This document shows, piece by piece, positions 1 to 62,589 of a DNA stretch of 64,000 nt. Every line of letters begins with the position of its first letter. Position 1 is the stretch's first letter. Both the position numbers and the translations under genes were made by a program. Source of the DNA: Octopus vulgaris. Its lineage: Eukaryota. The notes beneath the pieces were generated by a model. That model had not been told where the DNA came from. It did no database searches and worked only from the letters and a program-made list of their open reading frames with translations. Location of the stretch: the NCBI GenBank assembly GCA_951406725.2, contig OX597833.1, positions 6,572,001-6,636,000 on the forward strand. Reading direction: 5' to 3'.

Positions 1-47949
<47,949 letters not shown>

Positions 47950-48043
47950 AGAAAAATACTATAATGTTTTTAAAAAAAAAACAAATATAGAGAAAAACAA
48001 AGGCAAAAGACAATACACGAGTGTTTATATACATATTTGTATA

Positions 48044-48103
<60 letters not shown>

Positions 48104-48303
48104 GTATATATCTTTGTATATATATATATTCATATATATGTATGTGTATGTACATAATATATACATATATATACCTATATATACATATATATACATATAT
48201 ATACGTATATATGCATATATAAGGATACAGATGTTTATATTATGTGCATAATATGTGTATGTATATTTATATATATATGTATCTATCTCTCTATATACTC
48301 ATC

Positions 48304-48400
<97 letters not shown>

Positions 48401-48492
48401 GATATATATATACACACAGATATATATATATATCTTTAAGTTAAATGAACTTCTTTTTCTTACTATTCTGTGTATATGGTTCCACGATTTAC

Positions 48493-48558
<66 letters not shown>

Positions 48559-48640
48559 CCTCTTTATGTATTTATATGTAGATACATGCGTGCAGGTAAA
48601 TATATATATACGTATATACGTATACATGCATATATACATA

Positions 48641-48674
<34 letters not shown>

Positions 48675-48964
48675 CATTCATGTATATGTGTGTGTTTGTG
48701 CGTGTTTGCATGTGTGTATGTGTGTGTGCGTCTGTGTCTGTGTGTAAATGGTGAATCTAGAGGCAGCATTAATGTACTCTAGTTGAAAGATCTTGTAGGT
48801 TGTTAAGAAACGGTTTTAGGCACATGCATCTGTGTCTATATATATATATATCTGTGCGTATGTGTGTGCGTGTGCGTGAGTGTGTATAGGTATATATAAA
48901 TATATATCTGTATGTGTGTATATATATATATTTATATATATTATATATATATATATATATAATA

Positions 48965-49015
<51 letters not shown>

Positions 49016-49313
49016 CATATATATATATATATGTATATGCATATATATACCTGTATGTGTGTATATATACATATAGAGGAGGCGTGTCTATAATATCTTT
49101 GTAAGTATGTAATTATTGTTTAGCCTCGTACAAATCCAGAGTTGGACTATCCGCAATATATGTTGATCAACAAACTAATTATACAAACTAATTAAGCGAT
49201 GTTGTTAACATAAATGTCTGCAGACTAATGTTTCCAAAACTTTCATGAAAAATATGGAACAATTCTTATGCATCGGAGAGACACAAACTTTCTTACTAAT
49301 TTCGCCATGTACT

Positions 49314-49385
<72 letters not shown>

Positions 49386-49515
49386 TCATCACTCTCTCTC
49401 TCTCTCTCCCTTTCTTTCTCTCATTTGCTCTGTATATATGTGCATATGTGTGTGTGTGTGTAAATATATATATATATATCTACGTATTTATGTATATATA
49501 TATATGTGTGTGCGT

Positions 49516-49559
<44 letters not shown>

Positions 49560-49647
49560 GATGTGTATACATATGTGTATGTGTATACATATGTTTATAT
49601 ATATATATATATATACATACATACATGCAACTAAATAAGGCTATATG

Positions 49648-49697
<50 letters not shown>

Positions 49698-49922
49698 GTG
49701 TATGTATATATATATATATATATATACATAGATATATCATCCTTTTATACATTATTTACTTATATCATTTTTATTATTATCATTATTATTATTATTATAA
49801 TATTATTATTATTATTATTATTACTACTATTATTATTATTATTTTATAGTTATAAAATAATAACAGAACTTATATTTGCATACATATTAAATATTTATAA
49901 GTGTGTGTTTATACATATATAC

Positions 49923-49955
<33 letters not shown>

Positions 49956-50245
49956 CGTATGTATATATACATATATATATATGTATATATATATACATAT
50001 TTACTTATCTACACACATGTATAAATGTATGTATATATATATATGTATATATTTAAATGTACATATATATAAGTGTATATATGCAAATGTGTATATATGC
50101 ACAACCATATATGGATATATACATTTATACTTTATACATATATGTATATATTTGGACTTTGAAATGTAACTCTTGATAAATGTATAAGACTAGATCTAAC
50201 ACCCAATCAATAACTCGCTCTGTCTATGTGCAGGTGTATATATGC

Positions 50246-50328
<83 letters not shown>

Positions 50329-50535
50329 AATATATACATATATATACATATATATATACATATATATATATATGTATATATATGCATATGTATATATATG
50401 TGTGTATATATGTATGTATATATGTATATATGTATATGTATATACTTGTTAATATGCGTCTATGCTTATAATTGTGTAGATGGGTGCTTGACAACGTCTG
50501 GATATGAGACGTGAGTACATGTGCATGAATGGCTG

Positions 50536-50591
<56 letters not shown>

Positions 50592-50861
50592 ACCTCCACA
50601 CATTTGTGTTGTAGAAAACATAATTGTTATGTATGAATATAATACTGTATATATTTATGTAACGCTGCTGTATATACATACATGTATGTATTTATGTATG
50701 TATGTATGTACGTATGTATGAGTATGTGTGTGTGTGTGCGTGCGTGCGTATATATATGTGTGCGTGAGTATGCGTGAATGTGTTAGTGCGTATGTATGTG
50801 GGTTTAAGTGCATGCGTATGTATCTTACAAATATCTGAAAGCGAGATTAATTGTACGCATG

Positions 50862-50919
<58 letters not shown>

Positions 50920-50977
50920 AAGGTATATAAAGATATAGATATATATATATATGTGTGTGTGTACATATATTCATATT

Positions 50978-51030
<53 letters not shown>

Positions 51031-51198
51031 TATATGTATGTATATGTATGTGTGTATGTGTGAGCGTGCGTATAAGCAGGTGTGTGTGTGTATGTGTAAA
51101 TATGTGTACGTGTGAATGCGTCTTCACTAAAATTCATATTCAATATTTTCAATAATATGAAAATCTGTCACGTGACACCATTCTGTTGATATTCGGTC

Positions 51199-51204
51199 AA
51201 TAAA
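51199..51204 (+). terminator. candidate polyadenylation signal of the FAM234-like gene
   Basis: AATAAA in an island of unique sequence, followed by a T/GT-rich tract, after about 3.2 kb of microsatellite-rich putative 3'UTR. Confidence 0.3.
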
Positions 51205-51695
51205 GTCTCCGCGGTTAGATTACTGAGCTTCGGTCTTCGTTCTTTTAATTATTCTATATTGCATCATATTTGTTGTGTCTTTGTATCATTCCATCTCTCT
51301 CCTCCTCTCTCTGCCCCTCTCTCTCTCTTTCTCTCTCTCTCTCCCTTTCTCTGCATACAGACACACACACACATGCATATATATATATGTATGTAATTGT
51401 GCTCTGCTTCCAAAGCTGCCAGTATTTGAATGCCATTTCTTTCAGTTCCACACCTCTGTGCCCTCCTGCAGACAGTTTTTAACCATTTGAATGTCAGAGA
51501 CTCGTGCATTTAAACCGCCTAGAGATGACATCAAGCTGTATCTCTTCGTCGTTGACTCAGACTTAAAACTTCTACTTCAAGAAGAAATAACGCTGTCGTG
51601 GAAGCGACGAGACGTCAACGCTATCACAGTGTTATTTCTCTCAGCGTTAAAATGCAAAAATATTGCCTGCGGAACTTACAATCATTCCCTGTAGA

Positions 51696-53158
51696 GAGGA
51701 TACGACAGTGAATAGGCAAGAGAACCGTGAAGAATGAGACGTTAGTGCAATGGGACAATGGAGCAATGGACACAGTGGAACAGTGGAATAATGGAACAAT
51801 GGAATTTCAAGTCAATGGAACAATGAAACGGTAACAGTGGTATAAAGGGGGAGTGGGGGGACAAGACAACTGAAAAGGGGAACAATTGGGCAGTGAGATA
51901 AGGGGATAAACTATCAATGATAGAAAACATGGTGAAAACTAGAAAAGTAAACGTGTCGATAAAATCCCTGCTACAAGTCTGCTTGATCTGCTAGAAATAG
52001 CAGGCTAATTGCTATAAAACCAAACTGAAAAGGGAGGACATATTGAATATTGTGGCTTTAGACACACAATATCCGAAAATAAGCCAGGATGGCCATGGTT
52101 TGAATGTCTTTAATAATAAGTCTGTTTAATCTGAGCAACAGTAAAGAATCTTCGCAAATTTCAGTTCAATATGGCGACCATATTGACGTTCGGTGTATAA
52201 AAACATAATCATAATTATATAAAGCACATAATTATTTATAGATTACTTACAAGAGATAATAACGACTTTGGTATTTTCCTCAAATCTCGTAGACATAAAG
52301 ACTCAACCAGATTTTAAAAATCAAGTTGTCTCGTGTGTTAATGTGAAACGTGCCAGAGACAGCGATTTTAAAATGGCGTCGTGCAAGGTTTTGGGATGTT
52401 TTTGGTGTTTCTAACTATTAATGAGAAAGAGGGTAAGTTCAAAGTATTTGGAATGGAGCAGAATGTAACCATGGGCTGTGTTCTGGCTTCAAGATCAACA
52501 TGTGTGGGCAGTGAAAAGTCTAACAAAATAAGATAAGGTTATGGGGTGTTTTGTCTGAATGATGGTAAATGTAGAGATCGGTGTATTATTGGCTCGTAAT
52601 CACATGGGTAACCTTTTGCTAGCAGCAGACAATGTTAATAAATGGAAGCATACCGTTAAAAGAGTAATTTAGCAATTATTGAATGTGGTTTAAAGTACAC
52701 AATCGATTATATAGAAAGCAAATTATAGAATTATAAAAAGTTGTCCCTGTTTAGGCAGCAATCAAAATAGAAAAGAAAACGACATGAACATCCGGGTTAC
52801 AAATTTAGTAAAGAAAATTCCTCTAAAATGTTCCAGTGTTTGGAAACAACTGAGATGTAGCATCTCGCAATTTGTCTTCGAGATGATTGTTGGCCATTTT
52901 GATCTTTTTTTTTTTTATTTAAATTCGCGAAAAAAATACTTGGTACAAAACATGATCTTAAAACATTTACACAAACCTGCAATAAAAAAATTCATCTTGA
53001 TGTTTTTGCGACGAAATTTCATCGCTGAAATTCCAGTTCCTTTTCAGCCACCCCGTTGATCCACGGTTCCATTGTTCCTTTGTCCAACTATTCCATTGTC
53101 TCTCTGTTCCAACGTCTCATTCTTCACGGTTTCAGTGTCTGCTCACTGTTGCATCCTT
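51696..53158. mobile_element. ~1.46-kb non-autonomous DNA transposon with ~90-bp TIRs and subterminal AATGGAAC repeats
   Basis: Left arm AGGATACGACAGTG...AACCGTGAAGAATGAGACGTT matches right arm AACGTCTCATTCTTCACGGTT...CACTGTTGCATCCT. Confidence 0.7.
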
Positions 53159-53332
53159 AGCAAAAAATGGTACGACGTCATTTTTAAATCACTGTCTCCA
53201 TTTCCGATTCCTTTTCAGCTAGTTTTTACTGCATCAGTGTTTTTTCAACATGATAAGCAAAAATCTTGAAACAGACATCTTAGTCATTAAAACTAGGATG
53301 AAGTCATTGAACTCAATCGTATCGGTTATGTA

Positions 53333-53365
<33 letters not shown>

Positions 53366-54321
53366 ACAACTACCACGACCCAGCAACAATCAGGAAAAGA
53401 AACACCAGGACGACGTAGTTCTGGTAAGAAAAAAATATAGACTTCCAGAACTGATATCATGAAAGACTATTTTAGTATATTTCAATTTATTTTGCATTCT
53501 ATTCCAGCATGACTAAACTGTGGTTTTCAAGTGTTTGAAACCGGTAACATATGTTGATAAACATGTAAATACTTTCTTAGTTTTATCCATGAAAATTTCC
53601 TCAATGTTTTCTTCTTTTTTGTTTTTTAATATACACACACAAACATACACACACATAACATATATATATATATATATACGCATTATGCGCAAAGACAGAA
53701 CTAAAAGTGATATACTAATTGCCCTAGCAATGCATGGGAAATCTGTAAGCTTTTAAACCCTCGTGTCTCACCTTCAATACATTTTAAATTAATGTGGATG
53801 TTTGTGGCTTGTTCGAACACAGTTCCTGAATTCTCGATTTCTTGTATATCAAGATGCCAGGATGTAATTATTTACCAAACACAATATCACAGAACTCTCA
53901 AAAGAATCTTCACATAGCCAATTCCAATGTTCCTTTCCACCGAATCTACATAGAATTGTTGAAATGTTATTCTCTAAGGAACTTCCCATTCTTTATATAA
54001 ATAAAATCTTATAAGAGACAATGAAATTATTGCTGATTAGAAAATTCCATAATAATATTGAATTAAAAAACTAAAAACAAAGAGGAAGCATTTTGTAAGA
54101 GAGGAATTTACTAAACAAACCTCGATACACAATCGTCAGTCGCACAATAACAGACGATTTGCAAGTCAAAGACGGAGGACATTGAAAATACAGCAACAAA
54201 GCCAAAAAGGAAGAACCAACAACACAGATGTAGAATCACAAGACATCTTGCAAATTAATTTGAAGACCCATTAGCAACCTTACTATGTGAGTGTGTATAT
54301 ACACATATATATATATATACA

Positions 54322-54372
<51 letters not shown>

Positions 54373-54417
54373 ATGTATGTATGTACCATAATATATATAT
54401 ATATAGAAGATATATAA

Positions 54418-54479
<62 letters not shown>

Positions 54480-54533
54480 GTATGTGTATGTATGTATGTA
54501 CCATAATATCGAAGAAGATATATAAATATATAA

Positions 54534-54630
<97 letters not shown>

Positions 54631-54778
54631 CGACTCAGGTGTCAATGTTGCTTATAGCTACACAAAGAATACTTGTATTGTGAGAATAATGATTAATACT
54701 CTTATTGCAAACAATGGAACATAAAAACAATTATAAATAAGGACACTTTTATAATTAGCATACGGAAGTGTGTGTGTG

Positions 54779-54813
<35 letters not shown>

Positions 54814-54926
54814 AGCTGTATATGTGTGGATAAGTATATTATTTGTATGTGTATGCATATACATATATATATACATCTAATATAATGTATGTATATATGT
54901 ATATATATATGTAAGTACATATATAC

Positions 54927-55002
<76 letters not shown>

Positions 55003-55139
55003 GTATGTATGTATATGAACATCCAATTATTAAAGTGCAAAAATTACCAGAAAAGCAATTTCTATTTACTTTCAGATTTATAATACTGTACTAACGACTT
55101 TCTATTTCTTATGCTACTAATCTACACTATTCTACTATG

Positions 55140-55208
<69 letters not shown>

Positions 55209-55224
55209 AAACTGGCAGTCAGAG

Positions 55225-55531
55225 GACATCTTGCAATGGCGAGTGTCTTGATTGATGCTATTAACGGAACAGCCTGTTCGTGAGATTAACGTGCAAGTGG
55301 CTGAATACTCCACAGACATGAGTACCCTTAACGTAGTTCTCAAGGAGATTCAGCGTGACACCAAATGTGACAAGGCTGGCCCTTTGACATACAGATACAA
55401 CTCATTTTTGCCAGCTGAGTGGACTGGTGCAACCTGAAATAAGGTGTCATGGTCAAGAATACGATGCGCAACTGGGAATCGAACTCACAGCCTTACGATG
55501 GTGAGCCAAATACCGTAACCCATGTGTCTTC
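55225..55531 (-). mobile_element. tRNA(Arg)-derived SINE, diverged
   Basis: Homologous to 9038..9351. Confidence 0.7.
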
Positions 55532-55599
55532 ACACACACACACACACACACACACATAACTGTCAATAAATGTGATAAGATATGAAAATTATGCATCAT

Positions 55600-56968
55600 T
55601 ATGAAAGCTTAGTATGCTTCTTTTTGTTTCAGACTAAATAAATTCAGATTTACGAATTAGATAAAGGCTCTAGACCGAAATACAGTCAAAACCCTCCAGA
55701 AAGGAGGCGAAAGTAACACAGCTATAGCAAAAGGAAAAAAAAAGCTTAAAATTAACCGAAAAATAGTCTGGAAAATTCTTAAAGATTTTCAAAAGACTTG
55801 GTTCCACCGCTGATCGACCTGGACGTGGCTGAAAAAGAAGTGTGCAGACCCCTCAGCTTATCGAAAGTATCAGAGAAAAGATACGGTGAAATTCTCATCG
55901 TTCCGTCAGAAAACTGGCTGTCACAGCAAAAATAAGCCGAACATTGTTGTATCGAGTGCTGAAGGAGGATCTCAAGACCCACCCTTACAACATGATCCGT
56001 CGTCATGAGCTCGTGCAACTTTATAAGGCCATCAGACTGAAGAGAAGTTGTTTTATCTGGCGACAGATTGCTGAAGGCATGCTACCCAACCTGGTGTTCA
56101 TTGATGAAAAGAAATTTGACAATAACAATTGCAGCGTGGAAGGTGTTTGTAAGCCATTTAAGAAACACGCAAAAGCGGCTTTTGTGTGTTTCTTAAATGG
56201 CTTACAAACACCTTCCACGCTGCAATCGTTTTCGTTTCAGCACACCATCTCAAATCAAATCACTTGCTATGCGAGTACATCTCCGTAATTTGACAATAAA
56301 CCACCAAAATGACCGATTTTGGAATGTATCTGGCTCCGTCGATGATTTATTCGTAAATCGGCGTCAAAATCTACAGTCAGTTAGGGTTTAGGCGACTGTG
56401 ACAGCCACCGGAAGTGCTCCCTTCGTTTCTGTGCCCTCGGGGTGTTAAAATTAACTCCCAGCAATACATTAGCTACATTCCGGAAGCTGATCTGCTTCCA
56501 TGGGCGAATAAGTATTTTCAAAGCGCACCTTGGAGCATTCAACAGGACTCAGCATCATCCAAGAGCTCTAAACAGATACAACACTGGATTCAGAAAAACA
56601 TTCTGTCGTTCATAGGCAAAGACGTACGGTCCTCAAGAAGCCCCCATCTCAACCCGTTGGACTTTTCTGTTTGGTCCATTTTGGAGACGAGTGTCTCGAG
56701 CTCTCCTCATGCTTCGCTCGATGCGCTGAAGGCAAAACTGCGCCAGGAATGGGTTTCGATTCCGCAAGAACAGCTGCGTGCCGTGTGTGAAGCATTCGCA
56801 CCTAGACTTAAGGCTGGGATTCGAAACAGAAGTGGTCATATCGAATAAATGTGGTCGTATCATAATTGTGTTTCCTTTACCATTGCATTGCAACCCTCGG
56901 ACAGGAAATTCAACAATATTTTGCTTTGGAAAAATCTTAAAATATTGGTTGTCTTGATTTTAGGACAC

Positions 56969-56972
<4 letters not shown>
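55600..56972 (+). mobile_element. decayed Tc1/mariner DD37D (maT-type) transposon
   Basis: VFIDEKKF, GVKINSQQY and QQDSA-...-SPHLNPLD motifs, with exactly 37 residues between the last two Asp; terminus ...GGACACCCTG; stops and frameshifts present. Confidence 0.85.
56126..56286. mobile_element. 161-bp insert containing a 99-bp palindrome, flanked by a 13-bp direct repeat
   Basis: AATTTGACAATAA at 56113-56125 and 56287-56299; palindrome at 56128..56226. Confidence 0.75.
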
Positions 56973-57967
<995 letters not shown>

Positions 57968-58398
57968 AAAATATTTGCATACAAACACGTTCGTTATGCA
58001 TCGGTTTGTTCGTTTGCTTTTACATAAACAAAGATTTCTAGAAATGTCCAACCTGATTAAATAACCCGCTTAGATATGTTTGTGATAAATGTATATATAT
58101 ATATATATATCCTGACACATTGTTTATGTGTGTATATATATATATATATGTGCGTTGGCGTTGTTTAGGTGCGTATGTAACCAAAGCGTTATCTAAAGCG
58201 AATAGCTAAGCTACTAAAACATCTTGGATCACTAAAATCCGAGAATTATCATAGTAACGAGGATATTGGCAAGGTTTATCCTTAAAAACCTTGAGTAAAC
58301 ACACAACGATGCATACATATGAACGGATGGAGATATAACTGTAGTAATGCGCATGTGTGTATGTATATATTGAGCTAAATATGTTTGTGTGTGTGTAT

Positions 58399-58482
<84 letters not shown>

Positions 58483-58672
58483 ATATATATACATAGAGAG
58501 AGAAATATACATATATATATATATATGTATATATATCGCGCGATCAAAGTATACGTGCAAGTGCATAAGTATAAGTATGTACCTATATTCGTAAAAAATG
58601 TATATACTCATGTATATATATTTTTTATTTATCTAATCTACATGTCGACATGTATGTTTGTGTATATATGTG

Positions 58673-58753
<81 letters not shown>

Positions 58754-59861
58754 CCATATGTGTGTGTTTATATATATATATGCACACACAAACATAAATA
58801 TGCTGCTGCGTCGATCAAAGAGTATATTATACTCTAACGGAAGATGGCTGACCAATTCAATTCACGAAATCACTAAGGAAGACTATAAACGATTCCGCAT
58901 TCCTCTCAGACTCTCCATTATGACCAACCAGTCTTGGATTGTCTCAACCATACTTACTATATTACAAATACAGACCAACATATATTAATTCTATATTAAA
59001 TTCCATGCGATACATACTTGTATTTATTTCTCCTTTTTATGCCATTCGATGCTTTTGGTTTATTTAGCTTCCATAAATTCCCAGACATCTTCTTATAAAA
59101 GACTGACTTTGGTAATTAATAGGAAACATATCTGGTCTTTTAAAGTGTAGCATCGAATAGCAGCTGGTCTTTCTGAAATTGTGGTAACTGTATATTGGAA
59201 TCGATTAATGGTATCGAAGACATGAAATCATTCTGTATATTATACGATATATTTATTACAGTTACATCATGGGCGTTACCAGAACTAGATTTATATTTAT
59301 AAATGGTGTGGAATTAAAAGGGAAATTTTCTATGGCACCCATACCAAAGTGTGTCTCCACCCAGTTTGTATTTTTTATTTCGGGAAAATTTAGTGATTGC
59401 GAGACAAGTTCTTACAGTTCTGATGGGTGTTATCAGAGCTGGTTCTATTAGTGGAATAGAAACAAAGGTAACAATTGCTCCAGCTGGCTCACCAGAAACC
59501 CGACTCCCAGTTTTCTTATTTCAGGCAAATTTGGTGAATGTGAGGCATATTCGGCATTCAATATTATTTTAGTTGTTGCAGCTCTATCATGAATATTATC
59601 GGATGGAGATGAGGGGATAGAAAATTGTCCCCATAATAGGGGGTGCCGCAGGTAATTCCGAAGAAAGAAAAATACTCCGGTTATCTTACCAGTGAGTGCT
59701 CCACCGATCTTGATACCCCAGGCAAATTTGTTTAACAAGAGGCAAGTTTGATGACTTTTCTTGGTACCAAACATGGTTTTCCTGATTTGGTACCTTGGTA
59801 TTTTGGGGGAGAAGCTTGTGGCTGATTTGCTAAAATCTTTGTGGCCACTCATACTCTAACC

Positions 59862-60063
59862 CAGTGGTTTTCAACCAGGGTTCCGCCAGTACAGTCCAGG
59901 GGTTCCGCAAGAAGTTACAAAACTACTAAAATTGGAAGTAATTTTTAAATTCTCCTGTGCAGATATGTGTGCATAAGACAATTAAATTGTTGCACTGGGG
60001 TTCCTCGAGCCAGTGGAATGTTTCCTTGGAGTTTCGCTCCAGCAAAAAGTTTGAAAAGCACTG
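59862..60063. mobile_element. hAT (Charlie-like) MITE with an 8-bp TSD
   Basis: TIRs CAGTGGTTTTCAA / TTGAAAAGCACTG; TSD CTCTAACC at 59854-59861 and 60064-60071. Confidence 0.85.
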
Positions 60064-60384
60064 CTCTAACCTGTCAGTTTAAACATTCAATATGCACGTA
60101 CAACATTTAAAATTCTTGTATTTATGTATATTTCAACGTTATAAGTCGCAGACCAGCAATTCACTTCGATTCAAGATGATCCGAGTACATAGTATTGACG
60201 GGGAAATACCGATATCTACCATTCTCGGTGATTTGAGGCGAGTTGTTTCGCCTGGTCGGCAAAATTCTGTGTTCTTTAACTCTCGGCGTTGTGTAGAGAG
60301 TTTTCTCTCGACGCGGCCCCCCAGCAAATGAGCGTATAAACAAAACACATGTACTATGTGCGACGGATAATGTTTACACATATA

Positions 60385-60603
60385 CGGGTGGGAGTGCTGA
60401 GAAGTTCATGGCTTTAAGGGTATCGCGAAAGGCTTGGGTGGAGGCCCAACATTCCGAATTCTTTTGCAGGGCTTAGAAGACCTGAAGGACCGCTGCAATT
60501 GATGTGTGAATCCGAGAGGGGAATATGTTGAATAAAATTAAAATTAACTGATCCTTCTGTATTTTCTTTTAGTCAAAGCCAGGACCTTTTTCAGCGCCAC
60601 TCG
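60385..60603 (+). mobile_element. mariner-derived MITE
   Basis: TA flanks, imperfect ~30-bp TIRs and a residual transposase C-terminus (..CVNPRGEYVE*). Confidence 0.75.
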
Positions 60604-60609
60604 TATGCT

Positions 60610-61165
60610 ATGTTCCATCGATGGAGTAGTTTCTCCATGGCGCAAGCCTGGGCGATAGAAACGAAGACACTGGGCTGTCCAGACACCAGAATCTCCCTCT
60701 CGGCCCCCCAGACATAATCCAAAGGAATGCAGTGCAGTACGTTTGGAATCTGGTTGGCTGCAGGAGTTGCCGGAAAGGGGTCGAGATTCGACACCCGACC
60801 GCCTTCGGGGCTCCACTCCGGATTTTCTGTCTGGGTTTATTCCCATAGCCTTTCCCTCTCCCAAGAGCATCTGCAAGGCAGCGGAGCGAGGGTTTGGAGT
60901 CATAGTTTTCCTTCTCCTAGACTGGCTGCCAACCAAGGCTAACGAGCCCAGTCTGCCCACCTGGTTATACCGCCAAGCACCCAGTCGCGCCACACAGCAG
61001 GCTCAGTGAGAACAGGGGGTACCGCGTGACGGTGCTGCTGTGGATACAGTAGTGCAGGAGAGGCCATTAGCAAGAACTTTCCACAAGGCGCAGCCAAGTA
61101 GAAGTTCTGCAGCGATCATTACACCTGGAGAGGAGAGGCTATGAGTGACGCAATCACTTTCCTTT
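60610..61165 (-). mobile_element. possible RTE-LINE 5' region
   Basis: GC-rich island with the motif TAGCCTTGGTTGGCAGCCAGTCTAGGAGAAGGAAAACT, recalled from RTE 5' regions; no RT seen. Confidence 0.35.
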
Positions 61166-61190
61166 GCCCCCCTATACGTATGCTATGTAC

Positions 61191-61271
<81 letters not shown>

Positions 61272-61273
<2 letters not shown>

Positions 61274-61424
61274 TGTGTGGTAAGTAGCTTGTTTACCAAC
61301 CACATGGTTCCGGGTTCAGTCCCACTGCGTGGCACCTTGGGCAAGTGTCTTCTGCTATAGCCCCGGGCCGACCAATGCCTTGTGAGTGGATTTGGTAGAC
61401 GGAAACTGAAAGAAGCCCGTCGTA

Positions 61425-61462
<38 letters not shown>

Positions 61463-61691
61463 TGTGTGTGTTTGTGTGTCTGTGTTTGTCCCCCTAGCAT
61501 TGCTTGACAACCGATGCTGGTGTGTTTATGTCCCCGTTACTTAGCGGTTCGGCAAAATAGACCGATAGAATAAGTACTGGGCTTACAAAAGAATAAGTCC
61601 CGGGGTCGAGTTGCTCGATTAAAGGCGGTGCTCCAGCATGGCCGCAGTCAAATGACTGAAACAAGTAAAAGAGTAAAGACTAAAAAGAGTA
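61272..61691 (+). mobile_element. SINE family 2, near full length
   Basis: Homologous to the 43232 and 47283 copies. Confidence 0.8.
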
Positions 61692-61711
61692 ATATATATG
61701 TATATATATAT

Positions 61712-61924
61712 AGATCGCCATGTTGATCCGCTAGCTTCTGCACGCATTTTTTTCTCTCCTTGTTTCTCTCCGTGTTTCTTTTCTGTGTATCTTTCTGTTG
61801 AAGAGCGTAGGCTCGAAACGTTAATGACTTGTTTTATTTATATTCCTGAGCACCATACTAATACAATTGTTTGTTTGTACTCCACATGCCTTCGTCTTTT
61901 GTTTATTTTCATAAAGCTTCCCGT

Positions 61925-61925
<1 letters not shown>
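61712..61925 (+). mobile_element. ~210-bp HHR-bearing Penelope-terminus-like element
   Basis: HHR motif at 61790..61827; near-identical to 45638..45848 in the opposite orientation. Confidence 0.65.
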
Positions 61926-62008
<83 letters not shown>

Positions 62009-62399
62009 GAGTGTCCTTGGCCTTCAAGCTCTATTTTATTTATTTATTTATGTTTGTTCATTTAATCAGTTTAATCGTTTGTGCAAATGTGATAAGCAAG
62101 GTATAAACCAAATCTCATGTGAAATGATAACCTAAATCTAAAAAAAAAATGAAACGAGAAAGAAAGAAAGAAGAAAAGAAGGAAAGAAAGAAAGAAAAGG
62201 AAAGGAAAGGAAAGAAGGAAGGAAGAAACAGAGCTGAAGAACAGTTGAATAATTTTGTTGTTGTTATATTTTGTGGCCTTCCTGACTCGGCAGATCTTAT
62301 TTATGGCTGGCAGATCCCTGAAAATAGATTTCCCTTCCAGTTTTGGTCGTTCGATATTATCCTGTTGCTCAATAAATTTGTTTCTATATTAATTTATGG

Positions 62400-62580
62400 A
62401 CTTGAAACAGCCTTAGCTTAAAATACCAGTGTGTATAATATGCAGAGTGTGTATACAAACGGTGAATGGCACTTACTCTGAGATTTTGTTTCAGAGAAAC
62501 TATTCAAAGAGATTTGTGTGTTAAAACCACAGAGCTTCGCTGTTATACACACTGGCATATTAATCTAAAACCGTTTCAAG
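62400..62580. mobile_element. MITE-like fold-back with ~40-bp imperfect TIRs
   Basis: ACTTGAAAC...CCAGTGTGTATAA / TTATACACACTGG...GTTTCAAGT. Confidence 0.6.
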
Positions 62581-62589
62581 TGCGTATAT

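Noticed and set aside
53297-53423. Possible + strand exon (DEVIELNRIG-polyAla...|GTAAG)
   Set aside because: Poor acceptor, the frame is mostly a CTG microsatellite, and no partner exons were found
58800-59850. ORFs 59448..59852 and neighbours as a gene
   Set aside because: No splice structure or recognisable domain; probably a very decayed retroelement that I could not classify
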